Assembly (NCBI GenBank): GCA_965208575.1
Contig: CBDBOV010000001.1
Coordinates: 448,001-512,000, forward strand
Length of the DNA stretch: 64,000 bases
Source: Spirochaetia bacterium
Lineage (GTDB): Bacteria > Spirochaetota > Spirochaetia > SZUA-6 > Bin103
Reading direction: 5' to 3'
Positions 9,993 through 19,424 of the stretch are shown piece after piece. The notes under the pieces were generated by a model. That model was not told where the DNA came from and made no database searches. It saw only the letters and a list, made by a program, of their open reading frames with translations. The stretch's first letter is position 1. The number at the start of each line of letters is the position of its first letter. A program made the translations under genes and the position numbers.

Positions 9993-10956
9993 ATGAAAAC
10001 CGAAACACGGGCATCGCACGGCGGCCGACCCCTTCCCAGGAGCCGGCTCGCACTCCTGAACACGGGATTCGTCGCGCTAACATGCGTGGTTGGCCTGTTC
10101 GCCACGGCGACGCCGGCGCAGACCCAGGAGCGCGGGTCGCACGTCGTGCCGCCCGAAGGAGGGAGGCGGCTTACGTTCGCACAACTCCGCGACGGCCGCT
10201 ACCACCTGCCGCTACGCGGCAACGAGGAAGCCCCGATTCGCTTCCAAGAGGGGCAAGGCTCCGTCAGGTACGGCGAGGGCGCGACGCAGCAGGTACGTGC
10301 CGGACTGGCAGGAGACCTGGTGGCTTTCGGCGACCTCAACGGTGACTCCGCCGCCGATGCCGCGGTGGTCGTGTTCGTCGACCCGGGCGGTAGCGGCACG
10401 TTTATCCACCTGCTGGCGATTCTGGATCACCAGGGCACGCCGGTCCAGGCGGCGCGCGTATTCCTCGGTGACCGCGTGCGCGTGCAACGCCTCGCCATTT
10501 GGAGGGGTCGCATCTTCCTGTCGATGCTCGCCCACGGTCCGGACGACGGGTTGTGCTGCCCCTCTACCGAGACCATCCGCGCATTCACGTACCGGACCTC
10601 CGGTCGGCAGGTGCTGCCGGGCGGCCGGCTGGAGCCGGGTCAGCTACTGGTAGTCGAGTCACCGCTGCCGGGTGAGACGGTGGCGGCGGGCATCGAAGTC
10701 CGGGGCCGGACGAGCACGCAGCCGTCCGGCGATGGCCTGGCATACCTATCTCGGCGAACGCGGCACGTTCGCGAAGTCAATCACCATCCCGAGTACCCAC
10801 ACCGTGGGCGCGGTTCGCATCGAGGTCCGAGACGTCAGCGAAGCCGACGGCTCGCTGTTCACCAGCACCACGGTCCAGGTGTTTGTCATCGGCGGCCCAC
10901 GCCAGCAGCCGGTAGCCAGACAAGAAGCTCGCACCGGGCTCGCGGTTTCGTGGTAG
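9993..10956 (+). pseudogene. secreted protein with Gmad2-like Ig domain, frameshifted near 10745
   Basis: Signal peptide and GDLNGD..D motif. ESPLPGE..IEVRG in one frame continues as GERGTFAKSITIP...RIEVRDVSEADGS in another. Confidence 0.6.
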
Positions 10957-11067
10957 GTTACGCGGGCGGCAGTCAGTGGATCGGCAGCGGCGCGTCCGGC
11001 ACGGCGGGCGCCGGCACGGTGGATCCGGGTTGCCGCGCGGGAGCTACAACCAACAGTGCTACAGACA

Positions 11068-12036
11068 ATGCATCTCCGGCAGGTGAGCGACCTGGCGCAG
11101 CGGGCGATCGACGCCGTGGCGCAGGTGATCGTGGGCAAGGACGAGGTACTAAGGCAGGTGCTGATGGGCATCCTGTCCGACGGCCACGTCCTGATTCAGG
11201 ACAACCCCGGTCTCGCCAAGACGCTGATCGCCCACTCGTTCGCCGAGGTGCTGGATATCGCGTACAGCCGCATCCAGTTCACCCCCGACCTGCTGCCCGG
11301 CGAAATCACCGGCGGCTACATCTACAACCAGCGCGAGGCGCAGTTCGAGTTCCGGCGCGGGCCGCTGTTCGCCAACCTGCTGCTCGGCGACGAGATCAAC
11401 CGCGCGACCCCGAAGACCCAGTCGGCGCTGCTGGAGGCGATGCAGGAGCGCCAGGTAACCGTGGAAGGGGAGCGCTTTGCGCTCGATCCGCCGTTCATCG
11501 TCATCGCTACCCAGAATCCGGTCGAGTTCGAAGGCACCTACCCGCTGCCGGAAGCGCAGCTCGACCGCTTCATCATGCGCACCAGCGTCGGCTACCCCGA
11601 CCCTGACCAGGAGCTGGAGATCCTGCTGCGTCGCCAGCGGCGCAAGCAGGACACCATGACCCTGCAGCCGGTGGTGTCCCACCAGGAGCTGCTGGCGATG
11701 CAGCGTGCCCTGGAGGAGGTGCACGTCGGCGAGGCGATCGGCAAGTACATCGTCGAGTTGGCGCGCGCCACCCGCGAGGACACGCGCACCGAGGTGGGCG
11801 CCTCGCCGCGCGGCGTGTTCGCGGTGTTCAAGCTGGCACGCGCGGCGGCCGTGCTCGACGACCGCGACTTCGTCACCCCCGAGGACGTGAAGGGCGTGGC
11901 CCGCATCGCCCTCGCCCACCGCCTGCTGCTGCAGCCGGAGTACTGGGTACGCGGCATCTCCGACGTATCGGTGGTAGACGACGCCTTAGGTTCGGTCCCC
12001 ACCCCCCAGGCCAACTACCGCGCCTCCGGTCGTTAA
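11068..12036 (+). CDS. moxR: MoxR family AAA+ ATPase
   Basis: GHVL..DNPGLAKT, RIQFTPDLLP, DEINRATPKTQSALLEAMQE, ATQNPVEFEGTYPLPEAQLDRF. Confidence 0.95.
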   Translation: MHLRQVSDLAQRAIDAVAQVIVGKDEVLRQVLMGILSDGHVLIQDNPGLAKTLIAHSFAEVLDIAYSRIQFTPDLLPGEITGGYIYNQREAQFEFRRGPLFANLLLGDEINRATPKTQSALLEAMQERQVTVEGERFALDPPFIVIATQNPVEFEGTYPLPEAQLDRFIMRTSVGYPDPDQELEILLRRQRRKQDTMTLQPVVSHQELLAMQRALEEVHVGEAIGKYIVELARATREDTRTEVGASPRGVFAVFKLARAAAVLDDRDFVTPEDVKGVARIALAHRLLLQPEYWVRGISDVSVVDDALGSVPTPQANYRASGR

Positions 12037-12869
12037 GCGTCCGACGGCGCCCCGACACTGCCGTCCGCCGGGCCGAAGAACTCGTAGTCTTGGGAGGCTT
12101 CGATGCGGACCGGGACCAGGGCGGCGTCGGCGAGCGCCTGGCGGACGATGGTGCGGTTGAACAGGCCGGTGTAGGGTGAGGTGAAGTACTCGTCGACCGG
12201 CATCCAGCGGCACTCTTCGATTTCGCGCGGGTCGGCGCGCAGTTCGCTGGTCAGCGGGCGCAGCCGGCACACGATGTAGAAGTCGGAGCGCCCGAATCGG
12301 AACTGGTGGCGGTGGCGGATCGACACCACGCCCTGGAACGCGCACCGCACCCCGGTCTCCTCGGCCACTTCACGCACCACCGCCTCGGCCAGGTCTTCCT
12401 GCGGATCGAGCGAGCCGCCGGGCAGCTTGTAGTACGGTTTGCTGCGGTCGTGCCGGTAGCGCTCGTTGACCACCAGGAGGCGGCGCCGGTCGTCGATCAC
12501 CACCCCGCCGCCGCCGACGTTGTGGGTGGCGTAGTGCGGGATGGAGGCCTCCGCCTCCAGTTGCAGGGTCATCATCAGCATGCCCGGCTCGGCGTGGTGG
12601 AAGGCAAACCCGACGGAGACCGCGATCGGCACCAGGGCGGCGGCGTAGTGCGGCAGCTCCAGCCACACCAGCCGGCAGCCGGATTCGCGCCACGCCGTCA
12701 GGCTGTTGTCGAGCCGCTCCGCGAACTGCTCCGGTTCGTGCGGCAGTTGCTCCGGGTCGACGATGAAGCCGCCATACATGTTGGTGTTGCCCGCCAGTGT
12801 GTCCACGGCGCGCAGTATGCCCGCTACCGGCGGCGGTGTGCCATGCATGGAGCACTGCGCCGCCGCCAC
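12033..12869 (-). CDS. Nudix hydrolase (NUDT6-like)
   Basis: Nudix box PGG...AVVREVAEETG and N-terminal VWL...GFAFHHAE. True start may be ~60-90 nt downstream. Confidence 0.85.
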   Translation of the reverse strand: MAAAQCSMHGTPPPVAGILRAVDTLAGNTNMYGGFIVDPEQLPHEPEQFAERLDNSLTAWRESGCRLVWLELPHYAAALVPIAVSVGFAFHHAEPGMLMMTLQLEAEASIPHYATHNVGGGGVVIDDRRRLLVVNERYRHDRSKPYYKLPGGSLDPQEDLAEAVVREVAEETGVRCAFQGVVSIRHRHQFRFGRSDFYIVCRLRPLTSELRADPREIEECRWMPVDEYFTSPYTGLFNRTIVRQALADAALVPVRIEASQDYEFFGPADGSVGAPSDA

Positions 12870-13110
12870 AGTAGGATGGCCGGCGAGGAGGCAGGACTAT
12901 CCCACGCTACCGAGTCGCAGGCGGCCAGTCGCGATCTGAGGCGGGGAGTGAAGCACGCCCGGAGCCTTCGCCGGCGTCCGGCGCCGCCCGCCCGCGGCAA
13001 TAGACCAGGGAGCACGCCCGTCGGTGCATGACACCGCCGCCGCACCGACCATCCGCAACAGGGGCAAGGCGATTGACGGCGATTGACGCAGCGCGCGGGC
13101 CGCCGGTTCA

Positions 13111-14178
13111 ATGCGGAGCGTGGACGTCGCCAACCCCATCTACGACGTGGTGTTCAAGTACCTGATGCAGAACGACCGCGTCGCCCGCCTGCTGATCGGC
13201 AGGATCACCGGCCTCGCGGTGCAGTCGCTCACCGTCAGCCCGCAGGAGAGCGCCGTGCGCCGCACTCCCGAAGACCCGGAGCGCGTCCAGCCGCTGACGC
13301 TGCTGCGCATGGACTTCGCCGCCCGCGTGCGCACTGCCGACGGCGGCGAGCGGCAGGTGCTGATCGAGATTCAGAAGACCAGCGCGCCGACCGTGATCGA
13401 GCGCTTCCGGCGCTACCTGGGCCAGCAGATCGGCAGCGGCAACAACATCCTCACCCATCCGTCGGGCCGCACCGAGGCGGTGCCGATCGTGACCATCTAC
13501 TTCCTGGGCTACGCCCTGGATGACCTGTCGGACGAGGCGGTGATCGACGTGTGCCCGCAGGTAACCGAGCGGCGCACGGGGCGGGAGCTTGCGGCGAGCC
13601 ATCCGCTGGTGGAGGGGATCCATCACCGCAGCCACATCATCCAGATACCGCGGCTGGCGAGCCGGCGGCGGGACGAGTTGGAGCGGCTGCTGGCGATCTT
13701 CGACCAGGGCTTGGTGAAAGGCAACGGGCGGGGTGACGCGCATGTGCTGACGATCGAAGAAGGGGAGTATCCGGCGGAGTGCGCCTTCGTGCTGCGGCAG
13801 TTGCGGGAGGCGATGGCGGAAGAAGAGGTGCGGCGCGACATGGAGGGAGAGGACCTGCTGTTGCGAGACTCGATGCTGCTGGCGCGGCAGGTGGAGCATC
13901 GCGACCGCCTTATAGCACAGGAGCGGCAGCGGGCGCAGCAGGAGCGGGAGCAGGCGCAGCAGGAGCGGGAGCGGGCGCAGCAGGAGCGGGAGCGGGCGCA
14001 GCGAGCGGAACGGGCGCAACAGCAGGCGGAACGGGCACAGCAGCAGGCGGAGCAGGAGCGGCGCCTGCTGCTCGCGCAGGCGATCCGCCGCCTGCATGGC
14101 CTGGGACAGGATGCCGAGGCGATCGCCGCGGCGCTGGCGGTGGATGCGGACGAGGTGCGGCGAGTCCTGTCGGAGTGA
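13111..14178 (+). CDS. Rpn-like PD-(D/E)XK nuclease-family protein with coiled-coil tail
   Basis: ANPIYDVVFKYLM N-terminus, RMDF...LIEIQK motif, QQERERA heptads and a terminal helix-turn-helix-like segment. Confidence 0.75.
   Translation: MRSVDVANPIYDVVFKYLMQNDRVARLLIGRITGLAVQSLTVSPQESAVRRTPEDPERVQPLTLLRMDFAARVRTADGGERQVLIEIQKTSAPTVIERFRRYLGQQIGSGNNILTHPSGRTEAVPIVTIYFLGYALDDLSDEAVIDVCPQVTERRTGRELAASHPLVEGIHHRSHIIQIPRLASRRRDELERLLAIFDQGLVKGNGRGDAHVLTIEEGEYPAECAFVLRQLREAMAEEEVRRDMEGEDLLLRDSMLLARQVEHRDRLIAQERQRAQQEREQAQQERERAQQERERAQRAERAQQQAERAQQQAEQERRLLLAQAIRRLHGLGQDAEAIAAALAVDADEVRRVLSE
13918..14060 (+). repeat. 21-bp (7-codon) intragenic tandem repeat
   Basis: CAGGAGCGGGAGCGGGCGCAG-like units encoding QERERAQ/QQAERAQ. 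Confidence 0.85.
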
Positions 14179-14428
14179 CGGCCGTGCGTAGGCGGGGGAC
14201 TGAGGCCCGACGAATTCGCCGTCACGAACTTGCTTGCTCACCGAGTCGGCGCTTGTCCCTCCATCACGTCCGTCAGCATGGGATCGCCCTGGCGAGGAGG
14301 GAGCGGCGATTGACAAGTCAGACGCAATTGAACCTTGACCAAGTCGACCGGAACCCGGTTACAGGCGTTCCCCGCTCGCCGGCACGCCGGCACGGTTGGC
14401 ACGGCCTCGGTGCAGCCTCGGAGGCGAT

Positions 14429-15721
14429 ATGAGTCGGACAGCAGGCGGGGCGCCCACGCCGGCAGGATCGGCCGAGCCGGACGTTCTGGTGATCGGCGGC
14501 GGCATCATCGGCGTGTGCACGGCGTACTACCTGGCGCGCGGCGGCGCGGCGGTCACGCTGCTGGAGGAACACCAGGTTGGCGGTCCGATGGCCAGTTCGT
14601 ACGGCAACATCGGGCTGCTGGTGCCGAGCCACTCCACGCCGGTGGCAGAGCCGGGCGTGATCGGCCGTGGACTGCGCTGGCTGTTCAATCCCGACAGCCC
14701 GCTGTACATCAGGCCGCGCCCGGACGCCAACCTGGTGCGCTGGCTGCTGCGCTTCCGCGCCGCCTGCACGGCCGAGCGCTGCGCGGCCGCCGAGCCGATC
14801 CTGCGCCGCTGGCAGATGGCGAGCCTCGAACTGTTCGCGGAGCTGGCTGCCGAGCTGCCGCCGGAGGTCAACTTCGAGCACAAGGGCGGCCTGTTCCTGT
14901 ACCGCGAGGAACCAAGCTGGGAAGAGGCGGTGGCGGCGGTGCGCGCCGAGCAGGACGAGGGCATTGATGTCGCCGTGGTGGAGCCGGCCGAGGTGCGAGC
15001 CCTGGTCCCGGGTCTGCTGCCGTCGGTGATCGGCGCCGTGCACTACCGCGGCGACGGGCGCATCATCCCCGACCGCTTCGTGCGTGCCATGGCCGCCGCC
15101 GCCGCCGAGCGCGGCGCCATGATCCACGAGCACGCCACCGTGTTCGGCCTGGAACGCCGCGGCCGCGCCGTGCATGCCGTGCATACCAGCCTCGGCACCA
15201 TGCAGCCGCGCACGGTGGTGCTCGCCACCGGCTCGGTGAGCCCGCGCCTCGGGCGCGACGCCGGGCTGCGCATCCCGGTGCAGCCGGCCAAGGGCTACAG
15301 CATCACCGTGCGGCGCCCGCCGGCCTGCCCCGACATACCCCTGCACCTGCACGACGAACGCGTGGTGATCACCCCGTTCGGGCCCGACCGCATGCGCATG
15401 GGCGGCACCCTGGAACTGGCCGGCGACGACCGCAGCGTCAACCTGCGCCGGGTGGCCGCCGTGCGCCGCGCCCCGCCGCGCTACCTGGAAGGCGTGGACG
15501 AACTGGAAGTGCTGGAGATCTGGCGCGGCATGCGCCCGCTGTCCGCCGACACGCTGCCGATCCTGGGCCGCGCACGGGGCGTCGACAACCTGGTGCTGGC
15601 CACCGGCCACGGCATGATCGGCGTCTCCCTCGCCCCCGCCACCGGCCGCGCCGCCGCCGAAGCCGTGCTCGGCGAGCCGCCAACCCTCGACCCCGCCCTG
15701 TTCCGCGCCGACCGCTTCTGA
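14429..15721 (+). CDS. FAD-dependent D-amino acid dehydrogenase (DadA-like)
   Basis: VIGGGIIG, ASSYGNIG, PAKGYS, WRGMRP, ATGHGMIG. GGAGG precedes the ATG. Confidence 0.9.
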   Translation: MSRTAGGAPTPAGSAEPDVLVIGGGIIGVCTAYYLARGGAAVTLLEEHQVGGPMASSYGNIGLLVPSHSTPVAEPGVIGRGLRWLFNPDSPLYIRPRPDANLVRWLLRFRAACTAERCAAAEPILRRWQMASLELFAELAAELPPEVNFEHKGGLFLYREEPSWEEAVAAVRAEQDEGIDVAVVEPAEVRALVPGLLPSVIGAVHYRGDGRIIPDRFVRAMAAAAAERGAMIHEHATVFGLERRGRAVHAVHTSLGTMQPRTVVLATGSVSPRLGRDAGLRIPVQPAKGYSITVRRPPACPDIPLHLHDERVVITPFGPDRMRMGGTLELAGDDRSVNLRRVAAVRRAPPRYLEGVDELEVLEIWRGMRPLSADTLPILGRARGVDNLVLATGHGMIGVSLAPATGRAAAEAVLGEPPTLDPALFRADRF

Positions 15722-15794
15722 AAGCCGTCGCGAGTTGTCTTAACCGGCTGACGCCGCGAGGTCCCACCCGGCATGGACGGTGCTTCCATTTGGT

Positions 15795-16163
15795 GTGGCC
15801 TACGTTGAGCCACACGGTGCCGTCGTCGGTGAGTACGCGGTGGAGCTTCTCGAACACCTCCACGATGCTCTGCAGGTAGTGGTTGAGTGGATCGTCGCGA
15901 CCGATCTGCCGGTCCATCTCGTAGTCGCGAAGAGACCAGTACGGCGGCGACGTGACCACCGTCTGGATGCTCTGCGCGGGGAGCAGTTCCATCGCCTCGC
16001 TCGCACACCCACACATGAGCACCGAGCGGTCCAGGGCAACGGATGGGCGTGGATCGGTGGTGTTGATGCGCACATGGGAGGCACCGCCAGGACGCTCGGC
16101 GGCGATAGCCGAGGCGGCCGGTGCGTGTGCGGTGATATTGGGACGGACCGCGGTCTTGCTCAT
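15795..16163 (-). pseudogene. truncated N4C/N6A DNA methyltransferase
   Basis: VTSPPYWSLRDY...RVLTDDGTVWLNVG, after which homology stops. No SAM-binding motif follows. Confidence 0.8.
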
Positions 16164-16286
16164 GGATCACCGGCCCGGTGGCTCGCCGCTGACAGGCTCA
16201 TCGCTCTCTGGGCTCATACTAATGGGTTGATGGCTCCTTGTCCGTGGCGCTTGACGGGCGGGGGCGGGGGCAGGACCATCGGTAGC

Positions 16287-16685
16287 ATGGAATTGCTTGC
16301 CGCCGCCGGCCGCGCCACCGAGGACGCGGAGGCGGATCACTTCACGGGCGCCGCCACCATGCAGCGCTTTCTCGGCTCGGATCCGGAGTCCGCCGGGCGG
16401 GTGTACCGGGTGGCGTTCGAGCCCGGCGCCGGCACCAACTGGCATACTCACAGCGACGTGCAGATCCTGTACGTGGTGGAGGGGCGCTGCGCAATACAGA
16501 CCTGGGGCGGCGCCGTGGAGGTGGCGGAAGCCGGCGACGTGGTGCGTTTCGCGCCGGGTGAGAAGCACTGGCACGGCGCCACCGCGGACGCACCGATGAC
16601 CCACATCGCCATCAACCTCGGCGAATCCACCGAGTGGCTGGAGCCGGTCACCTCGAGCAGCCGGATGCGCTCGTACGGCCCCTGA
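16287..16685 (+). CDS. cupin domain protein
   Basis: FEPGAGTNWHTH..Q.LYV.EG and GDVV.FAPGEKHWHGA. Confidence 0.9.
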   Translation: MELLAAAGRATEDAEADHFTGAATMQRFLGSDPESAGRVYRVAFEPGAGTNWHTHSDVQILYVVEGRCAIQTWGGAVEVAEAGDVVRFAPGEKHWHGATADAPMTHIAINLGESTEWLEPVTSSSRMRSYGP

Positions 16686-16880
16686 ATGAGGAAGTCGGCC
16701 TCACGGTTCTGCTGGTCGCGATAAACCACAGCGACCAATCGGGGCGCGTGAGATGAATCGCCGCGAGAAGATGCCGGTCAGCCCCAGCCGTTGCAGCGGG
16801 CGGCGGGCGGCGGCGGGCGGGGATGACGCGGGCGCTCTATGCCGAGTTGTGGTATGCTGTGGTGGCACGGAGGATAGCCC

Positions 16881-17621
16881 ATGGCCAGCCCGCCGATCGC
16901 TCCCGCCAAGGTTCACTACCCCTCATCCGACGGCAAGCCGATGGCGGAAAGCGACTTCCAACGCACCCCGCTGACCTATGCCGTGGACCGGCTGCGGCAG
17001 CACTTTCGCAGCCGCCGGGACGTGTACGTGTCCGGCAACCTGCTGCTGTACTACCAGGAGGGCAATCCGCGGGCGGTAGTGGCGCCGGACGTGTTCGTGG
17101 TGCTGGGCGCGTCCAGCGCCGACCGTTCCATCTACCGGCTGTGGGAGGAGCCCAAGGGGCCGGACTTCGTGCTGGAGATCACCTCGCGCACGACGTACCG
17201 CGAAGACCAGGGACGCAAGCGCGAACTGTACCGATCGCTGGGCGTGCCGGAGTACTGGCAATACGACCCGACGCGCGACTACCTGGAGCCGCCGTTGCAG
17301 GGGCTGGAGTTGAGCGCGGGAAAGTATCGGCGGCTGCCCGGGAGGGAGCTGGCGGATGGCACGCTGGCGCTGGCGAGCGCGGTACTGGGGCTGGAGTTGC
17401 GGCTGACGGAGCGCGGGCTGCGGTTCCACGATCCGGAGACCGGGCAGGACCTGCCGAACCTTGCGGAAACCGACGAGGCGCGGCAAGCGGCGGAGACGCG
17501 CCTGGCGCAAGAAGCGGCAGCGCGCCAACAGGAAGCGGCAGCGCGCGCAGCCGCGGAAGCGCGAGTGGCCGAGTTGGAGGCTTTGCTGCGCCGGGAGCGT
17601 CGCAGCGACTCCGATCAGTGA
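16881..17621 (+). CDS. Uma2 (DUF820) family endonuclease with coiled-coil tail
   Basis: YPSSDGKPMAES, APDVFVV, PDFVLEITS, K..LY..LGVPEYWQYDP. Confidence 0.9.
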   Translation: MASPPIAPAKVHYPSSDGKPMAESDFQRTPLTYAVDRLRQHFRSRRDVYVSGNLLLYYQEGNPRAVVAPDVFVVLGASSADRSIYRLWEEPKGPDFVLEITSRTTYREDQGRKRELYRSLGVPEYWQYDPTRDYLEPPLQGLELSAGKYRRLPGRELADGTLALASAVLGLELRLTERGLRFHDPETGQDLPNLAETDEARQAAETRLAQEAAARQQEAAARAAAEARVAELEALLRRERRSDSDQ

Positions 17622-17760
17622 GGAGCGCGCCTGGGAATTCTGTTTCATCGGCGGCTTGGCGCTGCAGCGGTGGGGGAGCCACGCCTCACCGGGAACGTGG
17701 GATCTCACCATCCTTGCCGGGTTCGGCCAGGAGTCGGCGTATATCGAACAACTCCGACTC
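17619..17760 (+). pseudogene. nucleotidyltransferase fragment (AbiEii-like)
   Basis: FCFIGGLALQRWG-EPRLT.(D/N)VDLTIL is recoverable with two compensating 1-nt indels in G runs. Confidence 0.55.
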
Positions 17761-17816
17761 CTTGATGCGATCAGACGGTCACTCATCTGCGGCCTGCAGG
17801 GAGGAGGAGTAGCCGG

Positions 17817-19241
17817 CTACCCCTCCTCGACCATCAGGTTGGCGATCCAGGCGGCATGCGAGTGGTGCAGGTTGTTGTTCTTGATGAGCAGGGTGTTGCG
17901 CCCGCGCTGCAGGGTCACCGGAATGCGCGCCGTCCGAAAGCCGTCCTCGTGGCGCAGCATGGCGACGCGCGTTCCGTTCAGCCAGGCGATCAGCCAGTCG
18001 TCGAACGAGACGCGAAGCACCGCCCGGCGTTCGCGGTCGCTGTCCACCGATCCCGCGGCGTACATCGAGCGGTTCACGAAGCTGCTGCCGGGCAGCGCCG
18101 GGTCGATGCCGGAGAAGCGGAAGTCGATCCAGCCGCGGTTGGCGGACAGCTCGCGGATGAACCTCGGGCGGTCGGCGAAGTGGTCGCGCCAGCGGTCGAG
18201 CGGGACGGTTTCCGGTTCCTCGGGCATGCTGAACCGCTGCCAGTCGCCGCCGCCGTCGTGGAAGCCGGTCACCAGCCAGCGGCCGGGGGTCAGCACCGGC
18301 AGCGCCGCCGCCTCCTCCTCCGATCCGGCGACGCGGTAGTAGTACGCCACCGTCTCGATGTCGTCGTCGCGCGACCCGCAGCGCAGCGAGATCGAGGAAC
18401 GGAAGGCGATCGGGTCGGGCCCGAAGAAGCGGTAGATCACGCCGTCCTGGTCGGTGCGCGAGCGCCGCCGGTGGTAGGGTGAGCCGATCCAGCGTGTCTG
18501 GCGCTCGTGGAAGCCCCACGAGAACCCGAAGTCGTCCTCCATGTTGATGCCGCGGATCACGTGCGGGTCGTCGTCGCCGTCGATCAGGATTGACATGCCG
18601 CCAGTGTGGTACACCATGTCGGTGTGGTTGCGCTGCCGGGCGCCGAGCACCACCCCGGCGATGAAGCCGCTGCCGGTGACGTCGGCGATGCGGTAGGCGC
18701 GGTTGCGCGGCGGGGCAGGCAGGTAGCGGTGGTGTTCGGCGGCGAGGCGGAACGGGGTCAACTCGGTGCCGGCGTCGTACTGCTGCCAGTCCACCATGGT
18801 CGACACGCGCCGCTCGGCGGTGGCCGGCAGGCGCAGCCGGATCCGGCACGAGTGGCTGAACGGGATCGGCAGGAACAGGTTGTAGCCGGGCACGCCCGGC
18901 ACTCCGGGCGTATGAAAGTTGGGCAGCACGGTGTACGCGGCGCAGTCGACCGGGTAGGGCTGCAGGTCGTTCATGATGCCGAAGAACGGGTCGAACGGCA
19001 CGTCGACCTGCGGCACGGCGGCGCCGTCGACGGTGATCTCCAGCCGCCGGCCGGTGCCGTACAGCAGCCACACGTGGCGCACGGCGCCGGGACCCTCCAC
19101 GTCCAGGATGTCGACCCAGCCGCTTGCCGGGACATCCTCGTCGCGCACGTTGGTTACCTGGCGCCGAGAGCGGAATCGCACGGGAAGCGCGACCATCGGG
19201 ACAGCGGGATCCGGCACGGTGGCGCCGGGAACATGGTTCAT
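17817..19241 (-). CDS. DUF2961 domain protein (GH172-related) with C-terminal beta-sandwich
   Basis: EGPGAVRHVW, YNLFLPIPF, EDDFGFSWG, YRFFGPDPIAF. Confidence 0.75.
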   Translation of the reverse strand: MNHVPGATVPDPAVPMVALPVRFRSRRQVTNVRDEDVPASGWVDILDVEGPGAVRHVWLLYGTGRRLEITVDGAAVPQVDVPFDPFFGIMNDLQPYPVDCAAYTVLPNFHTPGVPGVPGYNLFLPIPFSHSCRIRLRLPATAERRVSTMVDWQQYDAGTELTPFRLAAEHHRYLPAPPRNRAYRIADVTGSGFIAGVVLGARQRNHTDMVYHTGGMSILIDGDDDPHVIRGINMEDDFGFSWGFHERQTRWIGSPYHRRRSRTDQDGVIYRFFGPDPIAFRSSISLRCGSRDDDIETVAYYYRVAGSEEEAAALPVLTPGRWLVTGFHDGGGDWQRFSMPEEPETVPLDRWRDHFADRPRFIRELSANRGWIDFRFSGIDPALPGSSFVNRSMYAAGSVDSDRERRAVLRVSFDDWLIAWLNGTRVAMLRHEDGFRTARIPVTLQRGRNTLLIKNNNLHHSHAAWIANLMVEEG

Positions 19242-19424
19242 GCTGCTCTGCTCCTTACCCTTCGGTCTGGAGGCGCGAGCCACCAAGCCGGGGGTTGCGT
19301 CAAGCATAGCCGCGATGAGTCGCCGCGTGTCCGCCGCGCATGGCGCACGGAATAGCCTGTTCCCTTCGCCTTCCCTTCGCCCAACGGGTTGGCGAGGAGC
19401 CAAGGGTCAGCCTCCCGACCGCGG

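Noticed and set aside
9993-11606. Single 537-aa protein
   Set aside because: Only the first ~250 aa look real; the rest is off-frame read-through over moxR.
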